Positions 50,105-58,628 of a stretch of DNA of 64,000 nt are shown here, piece by piece; within the stretch, counting starts at the first letter, position 1; every line of letters starts with the position of its first letter. Position numbers and translations under genes: made by a program. The stretch lies in the IMG/VR virus record IMGVR_UViG_3300008113_000087; one strand, 5' to 3'. The notes beneath the pieces were generated by a model, which did not search any database, was not told where the DNA came from, and worked only from the letters and a program-made list of their open reading frames with translations. The stretch is from an uncultured virus (IMG/VR IMGVR_UViG_3300008113_000087). Taxonomy: Duplodnaviria; Heunggongvirae; Uroviricota; Caudoviricetes.

Positions 50105-50856
50105 GCACGCTAAACGAATTCATTTCAGCGATAAAGGTATCGGGACTAGCGAAGCCTTCTAAGTTTGAGGTTACTATCGCAAAGCCAAAAGTTCTAAAGG
50201 ACACGCAGTATAAAGAGGATAGTAATTGGAGAACAATGTTATTGTACTGCGAACAGGCATCTCTTCCTGGTCTCTCATATACATCAACACAATCAAGAAC
50301 ATTCGGTGAATTTAGAGAGATTCCATACGAAAGAATTTTTGATCCACTTCAGTTGACATTTTATTGCGACAGAGATATGTGGATTAAGGGATTTTTTGAT
50401 TCGTGGGCATCGAACATTCAAAACACAAAGACAAGAACATTCTCCTACTACAAAGATTACACAGTTGATATGACAGTAGTCACATTGGATAGTGAAAACA
50501 ATAGAACGTATGGTGTTAAACTATTTGAATGTTACCCAAAACAAATTAGCGCAATACAGTTATCATATGAAGCCAAAGATGTTATGAGGCTACAGGTGCA
50601 GATGCAATATAGATATTATGAAATTCTAAACTTTGGAAAAGCAGCAGTGGCACAAAAACAATCAGCAATAGAATCCGACCCTGCTCTATCTCCTGGCGAG
50701 GTTATTATACCGCAGGTTGCAGCAAACATATCACCATCATCGCAATCTCGTCAATCTTCTGAGTCAGAATATGTTAGAGAGATGAGAGCAAGAGGGTTAG
50801 ATCCTGCTGATCCTGATGGTTCACTTCGTTTAGGTGTGAGAGGGAATACAATTTAA
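50101..50856 (+). CDS. Baseplate tail-tube initiator (gp54-like, tube fold)
   Basis: GLAKPSKFEV, CEQASLPG, LTFYCD, LFECYPK.I..IQLSY. Confidence 0.7.
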   Translation: MSTLNEFISAIKVSGLAKPSKFEVTIAKPKVLKDTQYKEDSNWRTMLLYCEQASLPGLSYTSTQSRTFGEFREIPYERIFDPLQLTFYCDRDMWIKGFFDSWASNIQNTKTRTFSYYKDYTVDMTVVTLDSENNRTYGVKLFECYPKQISAIQLSYEAKDVMRLQVQMQYRYYEILNFGKAAVAQKQSAIESDPALSPGEVIIPQVAANISPSSQSRQSSESEYVREMRARGLDPADPDGSLRLGVRGNTI

Positions 50857-50858
50857 TT

Positions 50859-51275
50859 ATGAAAATGGATGATAAATTAAATGAAGTTTTTGACATTGAG
50901 AGTACAATGAAAACAGAAATTATAACACAAGATGGAGAAATAATAAAACCATCTAATGAAAAAGTTGAAGATGATTATACTTTAACGAGAGGTAACATTC
51001 AAGCGCTACTTAAACAAGGGCACGAAGCCTTGGTAAGTGCCTTAGAAATTGCCAAACAATCTGAACACCCAAGAGCATTCGAAGTAGTTGGGAATTTAAT
51101 GAAACAGTTGGTCGACGCAAACCAGCAATTGATGGATCTACATAAACAGAAACAAAAACTAGATGATCCTGTAGAAAAAGAAAAGTCGAAACAGATAACC
51201 AACAATAACGCAATTTTTGTTGGAAGTACTACTGAGTTGAATAAGTTAATTAAGAATATGACTAAAGGAGATTAA
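50859..51275 (+). CDS. gp16: Terminase small subunit
   Basis: DDY..TR.N, A.QSEHPRAFEV, NNAIFVGST.EL.K. Confidence 0.92.
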   Translation: MKMDDKLNEVFDIESTMKTEIITQDGEIIKPSNEKVEDDYTLTRGNIQALLKQGHEALVSALEIAKQSEHPRAFEVVGNLMKQLVDANQQLMDLHKQKQKLDDPVEKEKSKQITNNNAIFVGSTTELNKLIKNMTKGD

Positions 51276-51279
51276 GAAC

Positions 51280-51993
51280 ATGGCTTTACCTATTATACAG
51301 ACACCGATATACACAATTAAAATTCCCTCAACGCAGAAGGAAATTAAGATTAGACCCTTTCTTGTGAAAGAAGAAAAGGCATTATTGCTGGCGCAACAAA
51401 GCGCAGACATAAACATTATGGTTGACACATTGAAGGAAATTGTTTCTTCTTGTGTTAAAGAACCAATAGATGTTGATGCATTGGCAATCTTTGACTTAGA
51501 ATTTATCTTCACACAGTTACGCTCTAAATCTGTCGGTGAGTATGTCGATCTTCTATTTTACTGCGACACCTGCGATGACGAAAAAGCAAAGTCTCAACAA
51601 CAAATAGACATTAGTAAAATTGAAGTACATGGTGTAAAAGATCATACCTTAAAGGTTGATCTACACAATGGTCTTGGAATTATGATGAAGTATCCAAATA
51701 TTACCACTCTCATTGCTCTTGAGAGTTTGCGTAATGGTAATATCGAAGCAATTTTTGATGTGGTTGCTGACTGCATTGATTATGTGTATAATGATGAAGA
51801 AGTGTTTCATGCAAAAGAACAAACCAAGCAAGAGATGACAGACTTTTTAAATAGTTTGACGCAACAACAGTTCAAGAAAATTGAAATCTTTTTTGATACG
51901 ATGCCAAAACTAAAACACAGTGTGACATTTAAGTGCCCTGTTTGTGAAAAAGAAAACAATAGAACCTTGGAGGGTGTTGAAAGTTTTTTTTAA
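51280..51993 (+). CDS. gp26: Baseplate hub assembly chaperone
   Basis: MALP....P.Y...IPST, RPFLVKEEK.LL.A, D.E.IF..LRSKSVGE, MPKL, C..C, LEG..SFF. Confidence 0.9.
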   Translation: MALPIIQTPIYTIKIPSTQKEIKIRPFLVKEEKALLLAQQSADINIMVDTLKEIVSSCVKEPIDVDALAIFDLEFIFTQLRSKSVGEYVDLLFYCDTCDDEKAKSQQQIDISKIEVHGVKDHTLKVDLHNGLGIMMKYPNITTLIALESLRNGNIEAIFDVVADCIDYVYNDEEVFHAKEQTKQEMTDFLNSLTQQQFKKIEIFFDTMPKLKHSVTFKCPVCEKENNRTLEGVESFF

Positions 51994-52172
51994 TTAATCT
52001 CAGTCATGAGGATTTGGGAAACTTTTATAAAATGAACTTTTCTCTCATGCAATACCATAAGTATTCCTTGGCTGAGATTGAAAATATGATTCCATTTGAG
52101 AGAGACATATATGTTACGATGTTGCTTCAATACCTAGAAGAAGAAAAACAAAGATTAGCGAGTAAAAGATAA
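51984..52172 (+). CDS. gp51: Baseplate hub assembly protein gp51 (not in ORF track; in -1 frame of gp26; first ATG at 52032)
   Basis: Manual translation FFLINLSHEDLGNFYKMNFSLMQYHKYSLAEIENMIPFERDIYVTMLLQYLEEEKQRLASKR. Confidence 0.85.
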   Translation, partial: FFLINLSHEDLGNFYKMNFSLMQYHKYSLAEIENMIPFERDIYVTMLLQYLEEEKQRLASKR

Positions 52173-54647
52173 ATGGCAAACCTAGCAAAAATTATTCCAA
52201 TGAGTCAATATCGTGACTCATCAGGCACATCTCAAGTTGATCAACAGTCAAAAGAACTGGAAAAGAAGTCGCTTGATGTGAATGAGAAATTGGTTAAGAC
52301 TAGTGAGAAACTAGCAACCAATTTGGAAAAATTAGCATTAGCTGTTCGTGGTGGTGGCATTAAATCTAGTGGAGCAGGTGAAGTAAATTATAAGCAAGGT
52401 GGCACATTTGATCAGAGAACCGTAAAAGATCAATTTAAAGATGGACTGCTAGGACGAAAAGGATCTGATGGAAAACGAGACCCCTTCGATCAAGATTCGT
52501 TAAAGTATAAGTTGGGAAGTGTACGTGGTTTAGGTAAATCCGTATTTGGAATGAAGGATGATAGTTTCTTTGGTAATCTTGCTGGTAGACGTGAAGATAA
52601 ATTAAAACGTGCCGACACGTTGATGAAGATGAATCCTCAGATGAAGAATTTAAAACAATTCGGTGGGGATGATGAGAAGGTAAGACAATACTACATTAAA
52701 CAACACGAAGAAAAGTTTGCGCCAGCGCAGGCAAAAACACAAGCTGAAAAGTACAAGATGGACTCGCTAATGGCCAGTGGCATAAGCGAAGAAGAATTAG
52801 GTAAATCAATTGGTGGTAAACGACAAAAGAAAGCATTAGAAACAGCCCAAGCTGAAGAATTGTCTGTAGACAAATTTAGAAAACAAGAAGTAAAGGGTGT
52901 TCTTGGTGGAATGGCTGCGTCAGTTGCTGGTCCAGCTGCATCAGAGATGCCATCAAATGTAATTCCATTCCCTTCTAAGGGAGATGGTGGTGATGTTCTT
53001 GGTGGCGCTAAAGAAACTGAATTAGAAAACCTTCGCTTGATGAACACACAAAATGAATTGTTTTCAAATGTTCAAGAAAACACAGCTGCGTTCCCAATTT
53101 ATTTGGAAGAGTGGCGCGAAGAAAAAACAAGAATTGCAAAAGCTGACGCAGAACTATTGGCTGCGGTTAAAGCAGGTGGTAGCGGAAGTAGTATAGGTGA
53201 TGTAGCAGATAGTGCTATGGATATGTTGGGTAAAGGTGGTAAAAAAGCAGGTAAAGTAGGTAAGATCGGTGGCATAGCATCTAAAGCAGGAAGCCTACTA
53301 CAAGGTGCCAGTAAATTTGCTGGTCCAGCTGCAGCCATAGCATCAGTTGGCGCTGGCGCTTACACTGCATATTCAGGTTATACTGGCGCAAACGAAAAGT
53401 TAGCGAAGGGTGAGATAACTGCTGAAGAAGCAACTGTAGAAAAAGGTGGTGCGATTGGTGAGGGTACGGGAATGGCAGTTGGCGGAACAGTTGGTGCGCT
53501 CAAAGGCGCAGCAGTTGGAGCTGCTATTGGCTCAGTTGTTCCTGTACTTGGAACTGCTGTTGGTGGATTAATTGGTGCAGCAGTTGGTGGTCTTGGTGGA
53601 TCTTTTCTTGGTGGTAAAGCAGGAAGTTTCTTGGGTGAGACAGGTGGTAAAATTGTAAATGCATTTAGTGGTCCTAATCCTGACAAGTCAGGTGCTGCTG
53701 CCAAAACAGAAACTCTGGCGAATGCACCTAATACACAAACAGCACCGAAAGAAGCAGAAGTAAAGTTTTCACGTGCAAAGGTTCAACAAGAAAAAATTGG
53801 TGGTCATACTATTGCTGGCTACGAATCAGGATATAATCTTAGCGGTAAGAAAGAAGATGTAGATGAAGCAATGAAGCAATGGGATGCATTCGGTAAAGCT
53901 GAATCGGCTAATGATGCTGCAGCAATGGATGATGCTGCGAAAAAGTTTATCGCCATAGCGAAGAAGATTGAGTCGCCAGAATATAAAGCGAAGATGAGAG
54001 AGATATCTGATCGCCAAAACAAAGGTAAGAAAAAAGAATCAGAAGGTAAAGGTAAAGAGCAAGCAGCAGCTGCTACCGCAACACCAAAGGCAGAGGCAGC
54101 GCAAGCAGCAGCTGCTACCGCAACAGCATCATCACCAAAAGCAGATGCAGCGAAACCAGCTGCAGCGAAACCAGCTGGTGGTTCTGTTACAACCAAAACT
54201 GAAAAAATACAGATTGCTGGAGATGATTTTGTTGCAGGAAGTCCATTGTCCGATAAACAGATGCGTGCGATCAGTATGAAAAAAATGATGGATAAAGATA
54301 ACAAATATCCATACCCAGCAGAAGTTGAAGCGCAATACGCAAAACAAAAACCTGAATTCGACACAGCAAATAAAAAGATGGAAGCTGACGCATTAGCATC
54401 AGGTAAAAAGGGATTTGATGAGGGTGCTGTAAAACCAGCAAATGCGCCCACATCATCAAAGGCTGTTGATTCTTTTTCTAAAGATGTAGCAACAGCGAAA
54501 GAAGGTCAAGGTGGAACGCAGGTGAATTCAACAAACACAGTAAGTCAAACGAATGTTCAACAGAGAACAACTACTGCAATAAAACCACCTATACGAAACA
54601 ATGACTCGTCGTTATCGAAATATAATGACTCTAAGTATGCGTTCTAA
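52173..54647 (+). CDS. Tape-measure-like protein (gp29-like)
   Basis: Long helical Ala/Gly/Lys-rich protein with glycine-zipper segment, right after gp26/gp51; assignment by position. Confidence 0.55.
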   Translation: MANLAKIIPMSQYRDSSGTSQVDQQSKELEKKSLDVNEKLVKTSEKLATNLEKLALAVRGGGIKSSGAGEVNYKQGGTFDQRTVKDQFKDGLLGRKGSDGKRDPFDQDSLKYKLGSVRGLGKSVFGMKDDSFFGNLAGRREDKLKRADTLMKMNPQMKNLKQFGGDDEKVRQYYIKQHEEKFAPAQAKTQAEKYKMDSLMASGISEEELGKSIGGKRQKKALETAQAEELSVDKFRKQEVKGVLGGMAASVAGPAASEMPSNVIPFPSKGDGGDVLGGAKETELENLRLMNTQNELFSNVQENTAAFPIYLEEWREEKTRIAKADAELLAAVKAGGSGSSIGDVADSAMDMLGKGGKKAGKVGKIGGIASKAGSLLQGASKFAGPAAAIASVGAGAYTAYSGYTGANEKLAKGEITAEEATVEKGGAIGEGTGMAVGGTVGALKGAAVGAAIGSVVPVLGTAVGGLIGAAVGGLGGSFLGGKAGSFLGETGGKIVNAFSGPNPDKSGAAAKTETLANAPNTQTAPKEAEVKFSRAKVQQEKIGGHTIAGYESGYNLSGKKEDVDEAMKQWDAFGKAESANDAAAMDDAAKKFIAIAKKIESPEYKAKMREISDRQNKGKKKESEGKGKEQAAAATATPKAEAAQAAAATATASSPKADAAKPAAAKPAGGSVTTKTEKIQIAGDDFVAGSPLSDKQMRAISMKKMMDKDNKYPYPAEVEAQYAKQKPEFDTANKKMEADALASGKKGFDEGAVKPANAPTSSKAVDSFSKDVATAKEGQGGTQVNSTNTVSQTNVQQRTTTAIKPPIRNNDSSLSKYNDSKYAF

Positions 54648-54650
54648 AAG

Positions 54651-54676
54651 AAAAGCCACCCGAAGGTGGCTTTTTT
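54651..54676. terminator. Bidirectional terminator between convergent genes
   Basis: AAAA-GCCACC-CGAA-GGTGGC-TTTTTT. Confidence 0.9.
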
Positions 54677-54694
54677 ATTGCTATGAAAATCGCT

Positions 54695-55624
54695 TTATGA
54701 TTCTTGGGCGATCTTATTAAAGTAAGCCATAACATCTTCGTCATCATCTGGCGTAGAGTTAGTAGCTACCTTTGGTGCTGGCGCTGGCTTAGATGCACCA
54801 ACTGACTTTGGTGGAACTGGTGCAACATAATCTTCATCATCAGACATCGAAGCAGCACTGCGAACAGCTGACCCACCTTCGCTTAACACATCGCTAAGGA
54901 TTCGGGATAGTTCTTCATAAGACTTAAAGTTCTTACGATCAAGGAACTCTGCCAATCGATATTGTTTACCGACTACTTCAAGAAGTTGATCTTCGTCACC
55001 AGACAATAATGGTGTAGCATCAGCGAATGTGGATTGGTCGTAGTTTGGGTAACCATCAACCTTGCGCATACGTAGTTTAAAGTCTGCGCCTTCCCACAAA
55101 TCAAAGACGTTTACTGGTTTATCTTCAGCAAAAGTAGGACGAGCTTTGTCCATAAGTTTGTCAAAGATTTTCTTGCCGAATTTAAACAAGAATACCTTGC
55201 CGTTGTTTTCTGGTTTTGCTGGGTCACTAACAATATAGATGTTAGCAACGAAACTCAACTTACGTTTTTGCTTGCGAGCAATTTCTTTGTTGGATTCAGA
55301 TCCTGAGTTCCACAACTTAGAATTGAGTTCACCAACTGGGTCATTTTCACCAAGAGTAGTAAGAGAGTTTTGAATATACCACTTTCCAGTTGGACCTTGG
55401 AATGAATGACTGAAGACTTTAACGAATGGGAGTTCGTCGCCTTGAGTATGTGGTAAGAACCGAATAACCGCAGATGCGTTACCAGCTTTATCTGGTGTTA
55501 ATTTCCAGATTCGGTCGTCATCATAGGATTTTTTTTCTCCTGCTGGACTCGCGATCTTGTCGAACTCAGATGCGATTTTAGAGAAGTCGGTGTTGCGCAT
55601 TTTGCGTAGTGTTTGAATGTCCAT
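54695..55624 (-). CDS. gp32: Single-stranded DNA-binding protein
   Basis: DDRIWKL..DKAGN.SAVIRFLP, FKFGKKIFDK, FDLWEGADFKL, acidic tail. Confidence 0.96.
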   Translation of the reverse strand: MDIQTLRKMRNTDFSKIASEFDKIASPAGEKKSYDDDRIWKLTPDKAGNASAVIRFLPHTQGDELPFVKVFSHSFQGPTGKWYIQNSLTTLGENDPVGELNSKLWNSGSESNKEIARKQKRKLSFVANIYIVSDPAKPENNGKVFLFKFGKKIFDKLMDKARPTFAEDKPVNVFDLWEGADFKLRMRKVDGYPNYDQSTFADATPLLSGDEDQLLEVVGKQYRLAEFLDRKNFKSYEELSRILSDVLSEGGSAVRSAASMSDDEDYVAPVPPKSVGASKPAPAPKVATNSTPDDDEDVMAYFNKIAQES

Positions 55625-55648
55625 CGTATTTCCTTTGTTTAAAGTATG

Positions 55649-55849
55649 TTAAAGTATAAATTTTTGTTTAAATGTATGTGTCTTAGAAGGTAGTGTGTCT
55701 TCATCATCTTCATCATCTAGATATCCATCATCATAGTCTTCCTCGACCCATCTATTTATAATACGCATACCTTGCTGTTTGCTCGGATGCTTCTTTCTTT
55801 GAAAATCATCATCAATGTCCCGATGATTTAACTTCCTCGTCTTAGCCAT
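55649..55849 (-). CDS. Hypothetical protein
   Basis: 66-aa basic/acidic ORF coupled to gp59. Confidence 0.6.
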   Translation of the reverse strand: MAKTRKLNHRDIDDDFQRKKHPSKQQGMRIINRWVEEDYDDGYLDDEDDEDTLPSKTHTFKQKFIL

Positions 55850-56450
55850 TTTGTAACTCTTCTAGTTCCGATTTAAAATTAGAATTGATTAAGTCGATTT
55901 TTGTGGCATCGTATTTAACGAAAGGTCCACACTTACATATTCTACGGTATTCTTGTTCCCAAAGCAAGTTTGTATTTGCTTTCCAAGAATCAAGATAACC
56001 ATAGAGTTTTTCCAAAATACACATACTCTCAATGGATATATGTCCACCCAGATAGAGTTTGAGTAATTCAGGAATCTTTGCTTCAAATAGATCAACGCTT
56101 TTCAGCTTAGATTTTTCCATATGAAGAATAATTGTATTACAGTCTGCTTGAAACACTTGAGTAATTGATTGTTTACGTTTTTGCCAAAGAGTTAGATTGC
56201 GATCCGACTCACCAAGGGAATATACTGTGGCATCATGACCATAAGCAAAGTTTGCAACATAGAACTGTATGAGATCAAAGTCTTTATCAAACCTTCTCGC
56301 AAGATTCTCAAATATTCTACGATCATTTCTAGACTCAAAAACATCACGACTTCCTTTTACATTTGGGTTAACGAACACATCAAAACTATTGGTAGTAAAG
56401 TGTAACTTTACAGCAATGTAATATTTGTATGCTTTAAATCCATCCATCAC
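55842..56450 (-). CDS. gp59: Helicase loader
   Basis: Y..Y.A.KLHFT...FD, F..RND...F..L, ISIES..IL; upstream of gp32 as in T4. Confidence 0.88.
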   Translation of the reverse strand: MMDGFKAYKYYIAVKLHFTTNSFDVFVNPNVKGSRDVFESRNDRRIFENLARRFDKDFDLIQFYVANFAYGHDATVYSLGESDRNLTLWQKRKQSITQVFQADCNTIILHMEKSKLKSVDLFEAKIPELLKLYLGGHISIESMCILEKLYGYLDSWKANTNLLWEQEYRRICKCGPFVKYDATKIDLINSNFKSELEELQNG

Positions 56451-56662
56451 ACATCAAGTTTTGCTTGTTTAGGTAAAAAATTCATTTCAATAAAGTTCGC
56501 TTCAATCTTTTGTTTGAGCGATTTGCTGACCAGAGACTTTATATCCTGTGGGTCAATATAATTTTCTTCACAGTATTTAAGAACAGCATCAAGATGCGTA
56601 CACTTTTTATCCTTCACTATCTGCTCAATGTATAACGAAAAAGAACCACTATCTTCAAACAT
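56447..56662 (-). CDS. gp33: Late transcription coactivator (start re-called at 56662)
   Basis: FSLYIE.IV.....DAVL.YCEEN.ID.....LVSKSLK.KIE......NFLPK. Confidence 0.88.
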   Translation of the reverse strand: MFEDSGSFSLYIEQIVKDKKCTHLDAVLKYCEENYIDPQDIKSLVSKSLKQKIEANFIEMNFLPKQAKLDV

Positions 56663-56945
56663 TAGTTTCAACCTTTCGGATATAGGCATCAGCTGAAACG
56701 ATTAAGCGATTCAACTCACTATATTCTTCTGACTTTTTATTATATAACTTCCACTCGGGTGTGTCAAGTTTGGAAGAATCCATTCTCTTGTTACATTTAT
56801 CCAAAAATTTGTCGAACCATGAGTCCATCTTTTGACGATCGCTAAGCAACGAATTGCGTAAACGCACTAGTGCTGGCAAATCACGATCAATTGCACACAA
56901 AGAAAACTTTTCATAATACTCAGAAACATGTAGTTCCATAATCAA
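56655..56945 (-). CDS. Hypothetical protein
   Basis: 96-aa ORF in coupled operon. Confidence 0.65.
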   Translation of the reverse strand: MIMELHVSEYYEKFSLCAIDRDLPALVRLRNSLLSDRQKMDSWFDKFLDKCNKRMDSSKLDTPEWKLYNKKSEEYSELNRLIVSADAYIRKVETNV

Positions 56946-57277
56946 CCTCTCCTCATTTTAGAAATTTCAACAGCTTCTTCATTAGAAAACACAGGCACCG
57001 CATTAGACTTATGCATAGTAGCGATACCCTTCACCAAAGTACCAGTGTACACCTTAGAAGGTTTCAGAGTAGCATTACCCAACCCACTGTTAAGACTAGG
57101 ATGTCTAACAGTCTCGCGATGATATGCTGGCTGTGGTTTTGGCATAGCCACATTCTTCGGCAAAGATTTAGTTGGATACTTAGCAAGCATGGCTTCCCAA
57201 GATGCTTGCAACTCACGCTGTTTTTTAGTAGGCTTGCGCTTCTTCGCCTTTGGAATATGTGTATGTATAAGAATCAT
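56942..57277 (-). CDS. Conserved basic hypothetical protein (probably leaderless, ATG at 57277)
   Basis: KVYTGTLVKGIATMHKSNAVPVFS.EEA.EISKMRR; track start 57295 lies inside the promoter. Confidence 0.7.
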   Translation of the reverse strand: MILIHTHIPKAKKRKPTKKQRELQASWEAMLAKYPTKSLPKNVAMPKPQPAYHRETVRHPSLNSGLGNATLKPSKVYTGTLVKGIATMHKSNAVPVFSNEEAVEISKMRRG

Positions 57278-57283
57278 AGTATA

Positions 57284-57312
57284 ATTATACCCCAATCATG
57301 AATTAATGTCAA
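57284..57312 (-). promoter_or_regulatory. Perfect sigma70 promoter
   Basis: TTGACA-N17-TATAAT on minus strand. Confidence 0.88.
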
Positions 57313-57324
57313 GCATTACCAAGA

Positions 57325-57690
57325 TTATGCTGCTTCCCGAAAATATCCATAAGGCAAACCATTGAGGAAACAGAAGTATTCCCAGTCGCCATCTGCTTGA
57401 CTGGCATCCATAATCCAGCGGAGAGCAGTTGCCCGATCCCTCGCACCCATACAAATTGTGTTGGTAACATGCTGCTCAAATTTGGCAGTGGCTTCTGCTT
57501 CAGCTTCCTTGCGAGCAATCTCTTCACGCTCGATGACTCGACCGAGAGTTTCGAATTCAGCCATGAATTCTTCCTCAGTCCAATTAGTGGTATCGATACC
57601 ACGAGGACGGACGCCATACGCATCCTTGTACATATCCCAGAACTGGCATTGCATTTGTTCCAACACAGACATTTCTTCCCAGCTAGTCAT
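57325..57690 (-). CDS. Hypothetical early protein
   Basis: WDMYKDAYGVRPR motif; 121 aa; ends EAA. Confidence 0.75.
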   Translation of the reverse strand: MTSWEEMSVLEQMQCQFWDMYKDAYGVRPRGIDTTNWTEEEFMAEFETLGRVIEREEIARKEAEAEATAKFEQHVTNTICMGARDRATALRWIMDASQADGDWEYFCFLNGLPYGYFREAA

Positions 57691-57926
57691 TATACAGTTT
57701 CCTTTGCTTCCATCATTTCACAGAGAATAAACTTCGCGATGTTAATGTTTTTGCGAGCTTGATCAGTTGCTTGATCATGACCAAAAGTCATTAATTCTTG
57801 CGCATCAGACAACACACCCATCGCAACCATTTCCAAACCACTCAAGCGAGCAGTAATAGAGTTCATGTATTGGTCGCGGATATCGGCTTCAGTCATACCG
57901 TAGCAGTTTTTCTCAAATTCAGTCAT
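57690..57926 (-). CDS. Hypothetical early protein (start 57926 or leaderless 57950)
   Basis: MTEFEKNCYGM...; SD-like AAGGG; track start is upstream of the promoter. Confidence 0.7.
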   Translation of the reverse strand: MTEFEKNCYGMTEADIRDQYMNSITARLSGLEMVAMGVLSDAQELMTFGHDQATDQARKNINIAKFILCEMMEAKETV

Positions 57927-57956
57927 TTCGTTCCCTTTATCAATCATCATAAGACT

Positions 57957-57985
57957 ATTATACACGATTATTGAATTAAAGTAAA
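57957..57985 (-). promoter_or_regulatory. sigma70-type early promoter
   Basis: TTTACT-N17-TATAAT. Confidence 0.8.
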
Positions 57986-57998
57986 GCACTTTATGTGA

Positions 57999-58075
57999 AA
58001 AACCCTACTTTTAGTAGGGTTTTCTTGGTTTTTGGACCATTTTCAGCTAAAAACCCTTCAAAAAGTAGGGTTTTT
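57999..58075. repeat. Two related inverted repeats sharing AGTAGGGTTTT
   Basis: AAAACCCTACT-TTT-AGTAGGGTTTT (57999-58023) and AAAAACCCT-N9-AGGGTTTTT (58049-58075). Confidence 0.75.
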
Positions 58076-58083
58076 TGTGATTT

Positions 58084-58323
58084 TCACTTTTTATTCAGTA
58101 TTGGAGCGGATTCAGCCCTCTTGCCCGACGCTGCATAGGCTACGCAGACCATATCATTGGGTTCTGCATAAGAACAACGAACTGCCATCGGGTCAATACC
58201 TCTTTCCATAGCCAAAGCCATGGTCTTAGAAATATTTTCTTGCTCTTTCGTATGATAATACGCTACTGAAGCGATCATTGCAATGAAACAGAATACCGCA
58301 GCGACAATAATTTCTATCTTCAT
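58084..58323 (-). CDS. Hypothetical membrane-anchored protein
   Basis: Hydrophobic N-terminus; GIDP.AVRC.Y motif. Confidence 0.7.
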   Translation of the reverse strand: MKIEIIVAAVFCFIAMIASVAYYHTKEQENISKTMALAMERGIDPMAVRCSYAEPNDMVCVAYAASGKRAESAPILNKK

Positions 58324-58439
58324 TGTTTACCTTTCAACATTGCTGAAAGTTTTTCTTGAATCACCTTTGCCCAGAATGGCTGAGGTAAATTCCAACCAAT
58401 AAAAGCTCCTACTGCTACCCATAATAGTGTGTCTAACAT
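58320..58439 (-). CDS. Small membrane protein (39 aa, not in track)
   Basis: MLDTLLWVAVGAFIGWNLPQPFWAKVIQEKLSAMLKGKQ; AAGGAG SD. Confidence 0.7.
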   Translation of the reverse strand: MLDTLLWVAVGAFIGWNLPQPFWAKVIQEKLSAMLKGKQ

Positions 58440-58450
58440 TTTTCTTCTCC

Positions 58451-58627
58451 TTATCGTGAGCCATCATCAATAATAAATCTAAACCAAAGTGGACCAAGAT
58501 ATATTGCTATACCGTGAAGTGCACTGTGGTCAAATTCGTCAGTTGGCGACTCTATTTTTATTCTCCAGTGATATGGATTGACAACAAAGCCAAACCAAAT
58601 TCCAGAGTACCTTAAAAAATCCATCAT
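58451..58627 (-). CDS. Small hypothetical protein (58 aa, not in track)
   Basis: MMDFLRYSGIWFGFVVNPYHWRIK...GPLWFRFIIDDGSR; fills gap after clpP. Confidence 0.65.
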   Translation of the reverse strand: MMDFLRYSGIWFGFVVNPYHWRIKIESPTDEFDHSALHGIAIYLGPLWFRFIIDDGSR

Positions 58628-58628
58628 C

